Assembly (NCBI GenBank): GCA_951406725.2
Contig: OX597826.1
Location: 19,840,001-19,904,000 of the forward strand
Direction: 5' to 3'
From: Octopus vulgaris
Taxonomy: Eukaryota
DNA: 64,000 nucleotides
Position numbers and translations under genes: made by a program. Every line of letters begins with the position of its first letter. Position 1 is the first letter of the stretch. Shown here one piece after another: positions 1-13,621 of the stretch. The notes beneath the pieces are model-generated. The model was not told the origin of the DNA. It was given only the letters and a program-made list of their open reading frames with translations, and ran no database searches.

Positions 1-539
1 TATCTACAACCTTGGCCAAAAGTATTAGGCCACCCAATGTTTTGGGGTTCTGCTATCTCAATGTTAATGAAACTCTTGTTCGTGGTAGATTATGGTATGT
101 TTCACAATATACATCTGAAAATCACTTCTCTGCTAAAATCCTATTTCTAACTCTCTTTCTCCATATCACTAACTTCAACTAACTTTTTAACCACATAATA
201 AATACCTCACGTCTCTCTCTCTTTTTTTCTAATCACGAGAAGCGTTACCGACGGGCTAAGTAACGGAATAACAATTGGTGTTAGTAATATTGTTACCGTG
301 GGTTAGACTCAAAAATGTTGCTACTGTAAATTACTGTTTATAATATTGTAATTGTGGCTTATGTTACTGTGGATTTCATCAACAATGTTGTTTCCCCCCC
401 CCCTACAATTCACTTCCGAACTGCACCAGTTTGTAGGCAATTGTGTAATTGCAGCCAAATTCGTTTGTGTGTCGACCTAAACCTCTCGAGCCAGTAGTGC
501 ATGCTAATTTCATTAGCAAGTATTTCGTCTTGATGTTTG

Positions 540-1820
540 GTGATAACATGCCTCCTCAAATCTCAAGAATTTTTCCTTAGGATTCTTGCAGAATATAGAA
601 TGGCACTTTTCCGCAGATCAACAAGACCAAGTTCATTTCCAATGCCTTTTAGTCTTTTTGGTAGCATCATTTTGGGTATTGTGCCAACCGCACCTATTAC
701 TACTGGAATAATTGTTGTCTTGGTCTTCCACAGTCTCCTCAACTCTCTTGATATTTCTCCATTTTTCAAGTTCTTTGGTATTGACCCTGCTATCATAGGG
801 AATTACAAAATCTATTGAATATTTTGTCGTCTATAATCATCTCTGATCTTCTTGTCTCAGTAGTATGGTCATTCTTTATGGTGAAAGCCCACAAGGTCTT
901 GTAATTCTCGTTTTCTATCACAGTCTCTGGTTCGTATTCATACAATTTTTCTGTTGTTTTGAGACTATACACTCAGCTAACATCCCATTGCATTCTTTTA
1001 CCTATACAGTCATGTCTTTGATACTAGTATCAAAAGATTATCACTCTTTTGATACTAGTATCAAAAGAGTATCACTCTTTTGATACTAGTATACTCTCGT
1101 TTCCTTTCCTGCAGATTCTACATTTACTGAGTTTTATTGATTTTTACCTTCATCAGATTTGTTCTAAAGATGTGTTCCTGAGCGGCTATAATTGAGGTTT
1201 TGCTTATCGTTTCAGGTTCCTGTAAACCAAAACGAAAGAATTTCACTTCCAACATTCTTGATCTTTGCGTCAATTGGACATGTAGATCCATTTCTTTCCA
1301 TTTATTTATTCTGTTGTTCTTCCTTTTCTTTTTGAATTTTCCTACTGTTTCAGTCACTTTTTGAGTATCTCTGGCTGCTGAAATTATTCTTTCTTTACTC
1401 TACACAACATAATTTTTCAGACCCAGTATTGCAGTACCAACAGTGTCTTTCGTGTTTAGTAATCCTCTACCACCTTCCCATCTTGACAGATAGAGTCGGG
1501 TGGTATCACTGGTAACAATGCACAATTCACACATGGAGTGCGTTGTGCATTGTTAGCAGCTTTGTGGTTCTTCTAGCGATATTCTGCAGCTCAGTCTTTT
1601 TCCTTTTCTGAAAGGGAGCAGAATATCTCAGTACTAGCACAGTCCATGTATTTATAGCTTTAATGCTGTTTCTTCCATTGAATTTATTTTCCAGCGCCTT
1701 CCTAATTCATTCGTTGTACTCTTTATTAACTTTCTTTCTCACTTCTATTTCCATTATGCCATTGTCTTGCAGCACTCTTAGATATTTGTGTCCCTCATGC
1801 TTAACGATATTTCACCCGTC
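540..1820 (-). mobile_element. Decayed R4/Dong-like (RLE) non-LTR retrotransposon, 3' part
   Basis: Minus-strand frames give NGRNSIKAINTW, SDTTRLYLSRWEGGRGLL, IIAAQEHIFRTN and the C-terminal IIPVVIGAVGTIPK...LRKSAILYSARILRK typical of R4-clade ORFs; frameshifted. Confidence 0.85.
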
Positions 1821-1824
1821 ACTA

Positions 1825-2097
<273 letters not shown>

Positions 2098-2189
2098 AAA
2101 GATTCTCGGATAGTTGCCGGTTGTTCTTTACTTGAAAGCAGGCAATAACAAATCACTAAATGTTTCAAGTAATGCTTTCTCCTGATGAC

Positions 2190-3580
2190 TCAAAAAGACA
2201 ATACTCTCCTTAGAATGCGAGCTGTACCCAACAATGCCGTCTTCTGGATCACCTCGAGGCCGACAGCAGCCCCAATATTCTTAATATGTTTTGCATATCC
2301 CTTGGAAACTGCCCCTAATGCTCCAGTTATCACCATTACTTTCCTCATGCCCCATAACTTTCCTATCTCGTCCCGCAGTGGCTAGGATTTCTCAATCTTT
2401 TCTGTTTCCTCACTTTTCACCCTCGAATTGCCGGGTATTACAACATCTATTATCTTTATTTCTTTATGGATGAGCACTATATCTGGTCGTCTCGCCTTTA
2501 TTCTCAGAGTCACACCCTACACTGTGGCGACTCAGTGCTTTTATCAATGTGATATTTGGAGTAGTTTGTTCTGGGAGCTTGTTCTTGAGCGTTGCACACT
2601 AATGCCTCAGTGGGCCCTTTTAAGTCTCCTTTCTGTAGCCATTGCCAGGTTCTATTCCAATCAATCTCATCTTTATTCTTCAAGAACTGACTGTGCATTT
2701 TCTTGTCCTGCCAAATCTTCTTCTTCTTCTTCTTCTTCTTCTTCTTCTTCTTCTTCTTCTTCTTCTTCTTCTTCTTCTTCTTCTTCTTCTTCTTCTTCTT
2801 CTTCTTCTTCTTCTTCCTCTCTCTCTCTCTCTCTCTCTCTCACCCTCTCTCATCCCCCGTCTTAAATTGTGTTGGATCTACAGCTTCGTTCAATTTTAAG
2901 GTTCCCTGCATTTTCACTGCTTCAATTATTTCTTTACTTCCCTTCACATACAAAGCCAGGCCATTCTTCTCTCCCCTACACAACCTTCACAACACACAAA
3001 TCCCCGTCCTCCTTCTTTCCTCTTTACATACAATCTCAATGGACAAGGAACTACATCCTAAGAGTGAAGTGTCAAGATTGTATGTAAAGAGGAAAGGAGG
3101 AGGACGGGGATTAGTGTGTTGTGAAGGTTGTGTAGGGCAAAAGGAGAATGGCCTGGCTTTGTATGTGAAGGGAAGTAAAGAGATGATTGAAGCAGTGAAA
3201 ATGCATGGAACCTTAAAATTGAACGAAGCTGTAGATCCAACACAGTTTAAGAAAGAGCCATTTAGCTTCGATTGGAGCACAAGCCGAGTTCTCCTCAAAC
3301 ACTCTTTCCTGTACATTTCTTTCATCTTGTATTCATTCATCTTATCACCCATGTACTTATATCCTTTCTTTCCAACTTCCACTTTCCAGTTTGATCCCAT
3401 GGCTTTTACGGATTTTCCCCCTTTTGAGAACCATTTCTTGATCCCAAATTCCATGCTAATATATTTGCTAATCATCTGCACAGTTGCCGTCAAACGCTCA
3501 ATTTCTTTCTCCTTTGGAGCATTTGGAAAGTGGAATGTCTTCAAGCGCTCACAGCCCTCAGCCAATCAAACAGTGTGATA
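2190..3580 (-). mobile_element. Decayed R4/Dong-like retrotransposon with internal (TTC)n/(CT)n and a fold-back duplication
   Basis: VIQKTALLGTARILRRV, LKGPTEALVCNAQEQAPRTN, LRRTRLVLQSKLNG; LHPKSEVSRLYVKRKGGGRGL on the plus strand with most of it repeated on the minus strand. Confidence 0.85.
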
Positions 3581-3599
3581 AGTGGAATGTTCACTTTAG

Positions 3600-4135
3600 C
3601 TTTTTATTGAGGATTAGTAGAGGAAAAGTGCGACGACGTTCTCGGGAGACCTTGGGCGTCGAAGAAGATCAGCTCTTTTCTGGAGAACTTTCGGTCCGGG
3701 ACCGATGGATGATGTCCAGGCCTGGCAGTGCTATCGGGGAGCTTTGCTTATTCGAGATAAACTTTACAGGGACGGAAGTGCCATCAGCCGAGCATGTCCA
3801 AGATGCGCACAGGACGACAAGACGGTCCTGCATGCACTCGTCCAGTGCCCGAGCATTGCTGACCTGTGGGTTTATGACGAACACCTGCTGTCGCGTGTAG
3901 GACGGATCCGGCTGTCAACTGAATCCAGCGTGAAGATCGCCCCGCCGCCTTTCTTTAACTGGGATGGAAAGACCGATTTTATATGCCTGGTGGCTATGGC
4001 GAAAGAGCTTGTATGGTGGACGAGATTGAAGGGACTGAAGACAAACGTTTTTCTCTTTGAAAAGTAAGGGCAGAGAAGGAAGTGTTGCTTTCTAGCCAAT
4101 TTTCTGAAACGTAGATGAAAGTGGCGAGAATTGGC
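3600..4135 (+). mobile_element. Tx1/L1-like ORF2 3' fragment (zinc-binding region after RT)
   Basis: AWQCYRGAL...CPRCAQDDKTVLHALVQCP (CxxC-x8-H-x4-C). Confidence 0.75.
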
Positions 4136-4358
4136 TGTAATGTATCTTCAAATTAATGTTTACAGTATATTACCGAGAATTAGTGAAGTTAATAAGCTAT
4201 TTTTTGTTATTAGTATAGATTTGTTTTGGGAATACTGTTGCTCGGGTTAGTAAAGGTAGTATTATTAAAGGGTTTTAACAATTATGAGTATGTGTGTTAC
4301 CATTGACAAACTGCTTAATGAATTGTATGATCATCTGAGTGATTCTTTCTGTCCACAG

Positions 4359-4450
4359 TTATCGCGGAGAACTCGAAAAATGCATACGTTCAAATCCATT
4401 CTGTCTCGATGTATCCACTTACTTACTCAATGATTTTGAAGCCAAATGTC
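4359..4450 (+). CDS. Internal exon (phase 2 to 1) of a Cys-rich protein: xYRGELEKCIRSNPFCLDVSTYLLNDFEAKC
   Basis: ttctttctgtccacAG acceptor, GTAAGT donor, 92 nt open frame; Cys spacing parallels the exon at 57301. Confidence 0.75.
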
Positions 4451-4567
4451 GTAAGTAAAATTCTATCTGTATCTTTACATTTTATTTTGTATAACATTCA
4501 GGGAACAATCTAATCGTTAGATGAAGCTTTCAATTTATCCTATCATAATATTTTTACTTCGTTTCAG

Positions 4568-4581
4568 ACAATTTCACATAG
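4568..4581 (+). CDS. Candidate short terminal exon (H)NFT-stop
   Basis: tttttacttcgtttcAG acceptor 117 nt after the 4450 donor; in-frame TAG TGA TAA triple stop. Confidence 0.45.
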
Positions 4582-5489
4582 TGATAAAGGCGTGTCTGTA
4601 AATGGGCATAGAACAAAATTTGGAAAATCTTCACTCGAAAAGGAACCGGATTTTAGACTTCCCCCCGTTGATTACCTCTTTCGCTGATATACATTGGTGA
4701 AGGATATGTATAAATATATTATTATAACAAAGGAGATTGAAGTCCTGTTATATCCTTCATTTAGAGCTGTTTCATGAAAAATCGATATCATGAGCATTAT
4801 TATATTGTTATGTAATAATATATACAACTAATGGCATAAGAGTTGTCATAGACCCAGAATTGAAGATCGCTTCTTCGGAATCATGCACGAACGTTACTTG
4901 CTGTGGTAACTTGAGATGTATGCGTGAATATATCTACTGTACATAAACGTATATTATTTGTGCTAAGGTTGTTTCTACAGATATTTTATAGAAACAACAG
5001 CCGGCACTGATTTTTGCTACAACGTTTCGTAACAAACAATGAGATCGGAGTCAAAAGTGGGTAATGAGTGTTTGAGAGGCGTATTTGTGATGGTGATGGT
5101 GGAATAGTAGGGACTCAAGACAGGCGTGCGTGTAGATACAGCCACGTAGCCAGCCGATTGCAACTGGGGGTGCTATCTTGACAGCTGACGGTGCTGAACA
5201 GAGGTACAGACAAAAGCCCCTACTTAAAGTGTGAAAGTGGACAAAAGCCTCATGCTTATATCTTTCGGTTATTTTTTTCGTCTTTTTTTTTTCACATTTC
5301 TTGACGCCTTGCCTGGTCAAAACTGCTGACATATTTCGTTTTTAGTTTCATTTTACTTGTTGCAACCATTAAACTAAGGCCATGCTGGGACATCACCTCG
5401 AAGAATTTTTAGTCGAATGTATCGACTCCAATATTTTTTTTATGATTTTCAACAAGCACATAGTTAAGCCTAAAAAGTCTTTCAACATT

Positions 5490-6735
5490 CTAGAGATAAC
5501 AGCCAAATCTATTTTTATAAATTTCAAATAAACAAAAATGGAAACAGCAGTTGTAAAAAAAACACTTTCATACTTTAACTGGGGGGGGGGGGAGAAGCCG
5601 TTGAGATCAGCCAGGTGAACACTTTGCCAACATACCGTGATAAAAGAATGGCGAGAGTACGAATAGGGAGAGTGCTACCCGAAATAGATGGGGAATGGCT
5701 GGTGGCAGCCATCCTGTTTAACTGTGAGGAAGAGACCGAGATTATCAAGGTGGCGAAGTCGGCAGAGATAAACTGTTGGGGATTGGGCTGGAAATCAAGG
5801 CTCATATAACCCTGCCAGACTTGCACAAGATAGCAGAGGAGTTGGTGCTCCCCGATGACACCCGGTTAAGAATCGTGGTACAGGGGAGACATCCGATGTG
5901 TTATAATTGTTGTATAAGGGGACACATAAAGGCAAGGTGTCTCCAGAAACAGGAGGAAAGAACGGAGAACCAGGCAGAGGTGGAAGAAGCAGTAATCGAG
6001 GAGGAAAAGAAGTAGGAGGAAATAGTGGGAGACAGAAAAAGAACAAGTGCGGAGTCATTGCCAGAAAGCCTGAAAAAGAAGAGAAAAGCGAAAAAAGTAC
6101 AAGAGAAAAAATTAGTAGAGAAAAAAGACAAGAGTGCGAATCGAACCTTAGAACAAGAGTCTACAGTAAGTTGGAATGACAGAGAGGAGAAATATGAGGA
6201 GTGGAAAGAGGAAGTAAGGAGGAGTATGGAATATGCGAGGCAAAGAGAGCAGCCGACTGGATGGTACTTAAGAATGATGATATTTTATGATAAGAACGTG
6301 GAATTAGATTGCAAAGGTGAAGAATTTAACAAGAGTAAGATTGGATGAAGAAGTGTTTGGCCCCGAGGGAAGAGCAGTACTGTTGGAGAAAGAGAGAGTC
6401 GAGAAATTGTCGGAATTATTTGGATACAAAATAAAAGTACCTGGACTGTACTTTCAATATGATACATTGACAAGTGGTGTCGAGTTTGATGACTTGACGG
6501 AGTACATGTGGGATATGTCTGGACATGTATAATGAAACTGATGAAATTGTAATTAGAACAGTAACATGAAACTGCTGCTTTGGGGGTGGGGGCAGTAAGC
6601 CATTTCATTTTTTTCATTGTTTTATTCCTTATATTCATATTTCATACGTCACGTTCTATGTACCCCACGTTTTGTGTTGTCTGTCCTTGTGGTTTTTCTC
6701 TCTTCCTTGAGGCTTTATGCCTTTAATAAAGAAAT
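5490..6735 (+). mobile_element. ORF1-only (gag-like) Tx1/L1-related retroelement, frameshifted
   Basis: Zinc knuckle CYNCCIRGHIKARC, K/E-rich linker, stop at 6532, short 3' UTR ending AATAAAGAAA; no RT. Confidence 0.7.
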
Positions 6736-6939
6736 TGGAAGGTCGGCCATGACCCGACAGCTCAGGAGCAATGTGTCGACTCGGGATTACGAGTAGTACC
6801 GGTGAGCGGACAAGCCTCTAGTACCATCTCTTAAACGGACTTAATGTATTATTTTATTATGTCGTACGAGAACTGTACAACACAAGTCTCTCAAAAAAAC
6901 TCAGAACACGAAATAAAATCAGGTTACATTTATTTAATA

Positions 6940-7680
6940 CTACTGCAATCTACAGCAATGCAAGGCAAAAAATTTAAGAATATCGTCCTTGTCTATACTT
7001 GAGTTGTATTTATTAAGGGAAGCAAGTATCACGAGGTCTGATTTTCGTTGGTGCTTCACATTTCGTCGAAAGGGTGTCATAATTCGAGTTAGCGTTGAAA
7101 ACGATGATTTCCATGAAGCTGTGCTAGATCCAAATGTTAATGCTGCGCCAAACAAAAGATAAACATTTGGAAAGGCATCCTGTACAATACGCAAAGATCC
7201 ATAATTATCAAGCAGTGTCATATTTTGTTTGGAAATGTATGCTTTAGCCACAGTAAGTTCAGAAAGTAAGGCCGATTTATCGCAATTAACTAAATTGCTC
7301 AGAAGGTTTTAAAGCATCGAAATCCAAAAATGTCTCGGACGTTGGTAGTAGACTTGCCAAGGAAGAATATATACTATCGTTTTGCTCTGAAAATCTATTA
7401 TCTAGCTCTCCCAAGCTTTCGTCGATGATCGAGAAACAAATTTTGTGAAAAGCTATCCAGTCATCTTGTGATGGTACCAGAGCTTCAACAACGTTGGGAC
7501 CCGCGAGCTTTTCAACGCATTCGTTCCTCAATAACATTAAATTGACTCATTTGTTTTACAATCTCATCAAATAATAAAGAGTTTCTCAGTTTGGTTATTT
7601 CACTCTTCACAATCTTAAGAAGCCCAAGGCCCATAAATCTCTAACTACAGCAACAATTCTTCACATACTTTTCAACAGTA
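6940..7680 (-). pseudogene. hAT transposase C-terminal (dimerisation domain) remnant
   Basis: IIDESLGELDNRFS, FPNVYLLFGAALTFGSSTASWKSSFSTLTRIMTPFR. Confidence 0.85.
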
Positions 7681-8689
7681 ACAACGACAACCGCCAATAT
7701 CACCGCCGCCGTCGCCACCTCGACCACCACCACGACAACAACAACAACTGACCCAGCGTCAGCCACTCCTTAATTCAACACACAGTTGCTGACCAGGTCA
7801 GCAACCAATTCTGCGACAACAATTACAGCTACAACAAACACTTTGACCAGCTCTAATTTACCCACGTTTCCATATCTCTAACTACCAAATCATAAGAAAT
7901 TCAATTTAATGCATCTTTAACGACTTCAGATATTGCTTATGAGAAAAAAGAAGGCAGCGACAATGTATTATTTCAAAAGTGGATACAACAAATTCTCATA
8001 CTGTGGGGGCTGAGATTCTAACTGGGGGTGCTGAACACCCCGTAGCTCCCCTTGGTTACGTGCCTGTGTAGATATCTTTTTGCGGAGAGCAAGTAATAAA
8101 ATCAGGCAATACAAGCGATGACGATTTATTCATTGTAAAATACTACGGCATCCTGGCATGAAACACGGCATTATTAAGTGGTACCTACTGCGAGACAGGC
8201 ATCGCAACACCACGTGTAGGGCGCTGAAATAAAGGGAGAGCTCTAGCAGTTCTAGATGTTTGCTGCTGACGGGATGACTGCCGAAAGGGAAAAGAGGATG
8301 ATTCATGTCTGTCGTGTTCTTTATATCCCTTTCACCATTTCTGTTATCTGTAAGGGCTGTTGTGTGTTTTGGGTATGTGTCGTGTCTGCCTGATGTGTCT
8401 TTTGCCGGCTTTTATGTTTAACCCTGAGACCACCCTAGCAGGGATGACAGGTATGCTACAGGCTCCCTTGGAAATCGTGAAGCTATGGCAATAACGAGAG
8501 ACGAAAGAAAATATGTATCTACAGTGCAAAACATACCAGAAACCTTAGAGGTACGAAATAATAAACCAAAGGAAATGTATCAATACCATCGTGAAAATAT
8601 GGTGCAAATGCAATAATAAAAATAGCATGCAGATACAATGAAAATGGTATGAAAACAATGTAGCACATTTCAAGGAGTGAGTTCATTCA

Positions 8690-9190
8690 ATGTTCGTTTA
8701 GATGTAGCAAGTCTGAGTCAATTTCTTTTGGCCAATGCACTTTCCGTCCGCTGGGCGCTGTCTGTTGTGCGGTGTTTTTTATAATTATTATAGCCTCCAT
8801 CTGTCCTCGACTGATTGGCTTTTGGTTGAAACACCAAACATGGCCAGCAGTAGAGTTTTTCAGTGACGCCATTTGCACAAAGCCTATCAAGTTTTTCACA
8901 CCATTTTATCTGGAATGTTCGAGTTCCAACTTTAGTTTTCAATGAAGGAATCGGCCTGCTTGCTTGAAGAATTTCCCGTTTTTCTGCAATATTTCTAGCC
9001 CCAAATGGTTTGTTTTTTTATATCTAGCACTATATATTTCTCCATTTCTAAGTTAAGGATAAAAATAAAGCAACCCTGCAAAACAACTGATCTTTACACA
9101 CGGACGCACAGAATAACAGCAATCAAATAACGACAGCAGAGTGCATAACAAACATCAGCGATCTGTCGCCTGTACTCTTGACCCATGAAA
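8690..9190 (-). pseudogene. hAT transposase N-terminus (TTF-type zinc finger) remnant
   Basis: MEKYIVLD...RTFQIKWCEKLDRLCANGVTEKLYCWPCLVF; homologous plus-strand copy at about 42930-43150. Confidence 0.75.
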
Positions 9191-9269
9191 GCTGCATATT
9201 CGGTCATTTCATTACAACTATTAGATTCCACATTTGATTCCATGAAAGAAAGAAAAAAGAAAGAATAGG

Positions 9270-9400
9270 TATAGGCGGGGCTGTATGGTAAAATATTGCT
9301 TCCCAACCACATGGTTCCGGGTTCAGTGCCTTCTACTGTGGCCTCGGGGTGACCAAACCTTGTGAGTGAATTAGGTAGACGCTAACTAAAAGCCTGTCAT

Positions 9401-9454
<54 letters not shown>

Positions 9455-9716
9455 GTGTGTGTGTCTGTGCGAGCAAGTGCGTCATTGTGTTTGTTCCTCA
9501 CTACCACTTGACAACTATTCTTGGTGTGTTTATGTCCCGTAACTTTGCGGTTCGGCAAAAGAGGCTGATATATTAAGTGATGTGATAGATTAAGTGATAG
9601 ATTAATTGATAAATTAGTTCTGGGGTCGATTCATTCGACTAAAATTCTTCAAGTGGGTGCCCCAGCATGACCTCAGTCTAATGAGAGAAACAAGTGAAAG
9701 ATAAAAGATAAAAGAT
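9270..9716 (+). mobile_element. tRNA-derived SINE (family B) with internal (TG)n
   Basis: A/B-box-like head GGCTGTATGGTAA...GGTTCCGGGTTCAGT, GGTTCGGCAAAAGAG body, (AAAGAT)n tail; homologous to 45223-45663. Confidence 0.85.
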
Positions 9717-12700
9717 AATATTAGAGGCCAACTATTGGGTCAGGTGGTAAATTATCTGGAATATAAGGTGAACGTTCTCATTGTTTGTTGTGTTTGTGGG
9801 GTTTCTTCGTTTTAATCGTTTGATGTGTATTCATAGATTCCAATATGAGTCTTTTGGAACATATATGTAAGTCATGCATCTGTTTGAACGGTATTATTTA
9901 TGTCTCTGTATGGCATGTCTCTTAATTGGCGGTTGTGTTCGTGGGTTTCCGTATTTGCGGAATCTAAGGCTCAATCTAAGTCTATGTAAATTTATTAAAA
10001 CTTTTTCATAGTAGTGACTTTATCAAAGGAAAAGAGTATGCTTCGCTGAGGAGATGTGATAACATGTCTGGAAAGATTAGGTCAATTCCCCATTGAATAT
10101 TCGCATTAAATTTTAATTTTAGAATTTACTTCCTTACCTTTGGACAAGTATTATCATAAACTTCTGTTTTAATTATGAGTATAATTTTAAATGATTGAAC
10201 CGTTTTAGGACATCACTGCTTTATGTTTGTTAGTTCGCTCTTTAGTTTATTTTTGCAGAACACTCTTTTTTGAATTTTATCAAGTTGCCTAATCAGTCAA
10301 TCTTCATTGCGTAAATATTCTTATATATTCTCATAGTCATTCTAAGTTCTGCTAAGTGTGATTAATACTATGCGTTGCTGATGTAGCCTATAAAGGCTAA
10401 AGCATATCTTAAGTTGTCAGCAAAAGCTATATTCATTCTCCATTACATGCCACCATGCAATTTTAACCACTTTTGACATTGGAATTTTCCCCCTTTAGTC
10501 CACTATGTTAAGCTTGTTAACTCCCAATTAAGTACACAACCATATTCAAGGTTGATTTCGTTCATTAAGAGTTTTATTTTATATTTCTTAATTAGTCCAT
10601 TACATTTATTCTGGAACAATTGTTTCGAAACTTTCACAGCCCCGTATTCAAAATTAAGTGACGGCATTAATTCTGTCATCTGCACTCTCTGAACTGCCGC
10701 AAAGAAACTTGAGAATAATTCTATGACTGATAAAATATGATATACACACATACGAATGTAACGAGGAGTATACAGACAAAGACAACAAACTGTCCACATT
10801 TGCAAATCTTGTTTCAAATACCGACTGTAGGACTTTACTTTGGTTATTCCACTAGGAAGTGCATTGAGAGCCAGGAATTTCACAAAATATGATCAGTTTG
10901 AAAATGTAATTTTGTAAGTATTAATTTTGCTCAGATAGTCATAGACGACGAAAGAAGACCTTGTTCAGTCACAGTTTAGGGCCAATCGAGATCTCTATAT
11001 AATTTTAACTGGCTTTAAGTTGTGTGTGTACAGTGGGCCTCCAAGTGGGATATTTTATTTAGTTACTTTTAGTGGGTGGAAAAGTAAGATGCCGACCATT
11101 ATCCTTGTTAGAGTCAGGTAATAGTTCAATGATATGGAAAATACGTTCTGTAGAATGTAACCTTAAAATCTATTTTGCTAAGTTTTATGTTGCATTCTAT
11201 AATTATTTGTTGCGAATCGCTCATACAAAAGACGGCTACATACGATGGGAATCGTAATTCAGAATTATTTTAAATTGGACTTAGCGCTTATACCTCAGCC
11301 AACACATCTTTTTCAGCAACTGACACAATACATCGGTATTCTGAGAAGAACCACGTGTAGTCAAGTCTTCTGTTATGTTGTTATCTGATACTTAATTTCG
11401 TTTGTCATGTTGTTTGAAATACCTATTCTAATATTTGAACCTGAATCGATAGATATACTACTTAATTGATGCGAACAACAACCTATGCCAGTATATATAA
11501 TAGAAAGTAACAGCTGTTTCTTTCTATTATATGAACTCTTGGGGACTTTTTCTACAGACAGTTTTTGTCACGTATTGCTAGAAAGCCGATCAATGTTACC
11601 AGTGTGCAATACCATCTGTCAGTTTTCTGTTAAAAAAGTATATAATTCTTTTTCGCCACATTTCAATGTTACAATGAAGACGCATAGCCTGAATAGCGAG
11701 TTGTGTCATTGGATAAAGCACATTATTTCACATTTTGCAAACTACTCAGCTGAAAATGAATACCAGCCAGGAATTGGTAGAGACCGATCTTACTCTCCAA
11801 CTTGATATTCGGCTCGGTCGAATATCAAGAATAAACTTGAGAGAGAACTAACAAGCATAAAGCAGTGATCTCCTAAAGATTTGAAGAGCCGAGGAGATGC
11901 TTACGTCTGCTCGCGAGCACATAGGCATTTAAAACAATTAACGAGAGCACTTTGTGGTGGATGACAAAGCTTTTGTGCGATATAGTGACTCGACAAAAAA
12001 AAAACAAAAAAAAAACAGATTTGTACCGTAAAAAAATAATTGGAATTATGAAGACTAGACGAACATATAAGAACATTGGTTTTATTGCTCACTACATTCT
12101 GTAGGAAGAGTTCTTTTGAATGTCTTCTGACTTTCAAAAGAATTCTTTATTCTTTTTATAAAACATGTCTTTTTCTATGTATATACTAGTCATCCCTTCC
12201 TGCTATTGATATATTACCGCTGTGTATATTTAGCACCAGTGTACCCACCAAAGAATAAATCCGTGGAGAGTAGACATATACTTTAGTACATACTCTCACT
12301 GCATTTGTTGTCTTCTCTGCGCAACCTTGTCCATTACATTTATATTTGTGTTATTAATCCGTTCTTCTCACGGCTTTGTACCGTTCATCTAAGTAAGCAA
12401 CTAGTGACATGTATATTGAACAAGTGTTCAGTGTTGTGTCAATGAGACCTGAGACCAGAAAAGTAGCAGAATCTTCTTGTTAGACTCATCCAGCTGAGAC
12501 ATTCACTACTGGATAAATACCATATTAGACTTCGATAAATTTCACATTAACAAGGACTTACATGCTGTTACCAGTCCATTCTCACGATTAGAAAACGATT
12601 TTGCTGGTCAACACATTGATTAGATGGGAAAAGTCGGTTATTATTTTAGTGCCCCATTGCTATACTTAGTGCACAAACAATATAGACAAAGAATAAGTCA

Positions 12701-13621
12701 AATTGAAATGGTCTTAACATGAGAGAAAAATACAGTTCATATAATAAGCCAGTTGGTAAAACGTTAAACAACGCAGTTACGATTGAGTATTGAGGTATCG
12801 TGTAGGCAAACTTTAGCGATGAAAACCATTAAGTAATTTAAATAATTAAGTCAGAGTTAACACATGACCAATAAAACCAAATAATCAAGAATCTCCCCAC
12901 ATTAAAGAATTGAAATTTCGTGTCAGTCGTTCTACCTACATTGATCGAAATGAAGCATTGATCTAATGTTTGTCTGTTTTCAATAAGGAGATAGTCTTGA
13001 TAAATTAAAGTTTACTTAATTGGGAAAATTTCCCTTTCAAAAATACTTTGTCACACCAACTTCAGTGCATAAATGCGAATTCATATAGTGATAATATTAC
13101 CACACCTCTAGCTATACTGTATAGTTATACTTCGGCGAAAAGGCCAAGATAAGACTGAAACATGTTCAGAATCGTTACAGTGATTAACAAACTTCAGACG
13201 AATTTAATCTATACGTAATTCCTATTTTAATTGAGATTTCGAAGTTGATCAGATTCCAGCATTGATGCAATATTTACGTCTCTTCAGTGTTAGAATAGTC
13301 TTGGTTAATTAAAGTTTACTTGCTCGCTACATTAAATGTGTTAGCATGAAGTTAACTTAAACTTTAAAAAAATATGACCACAAAAAAAAAGTTGCTGTGA
13401 GAAAATGTAAGCAACAAAGTTTATAAAAATCAGAATGTTTCATCAGAAGTTAGTTAAATGCCCTAAATGATGACAAACATGTTTACAGTGACAGTAGAAG
13501 GAAATTAATATTTTCGATAGCAAATCCAATACGTTTTCGATTCTGATGCCACTGACTGTTAAAATATGCTGCCAATTCTGGTTGATTCTCTAAAATTGAA
13601 ACAATTGTCTCTTCATTTCAG

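Larger units (their letters stand above)
5139..8066. mobile_element. hAT-type DNA transposon with TIRs and 8-bp TSD, containing nested insertions
   Basis: TGTAGATA at 5131-5138 and 8067-8074 flanks imperfect TIRs CAGCCACGTAGCC / GGTTACGTGCCTG. Confidence 0.75.

Noticed and set aside
11801-11829. Isolated 11-13 bp hairpin as miRNA or terminator
   Set aside because: Too short for a pre-miRNA, single occurrence, no supporting context.
12234-12392. Hydrophobic open frame as a signal-peptide exon
   Set aside because: No initiator ATG; the frame ends in a stop before the donor-like site.
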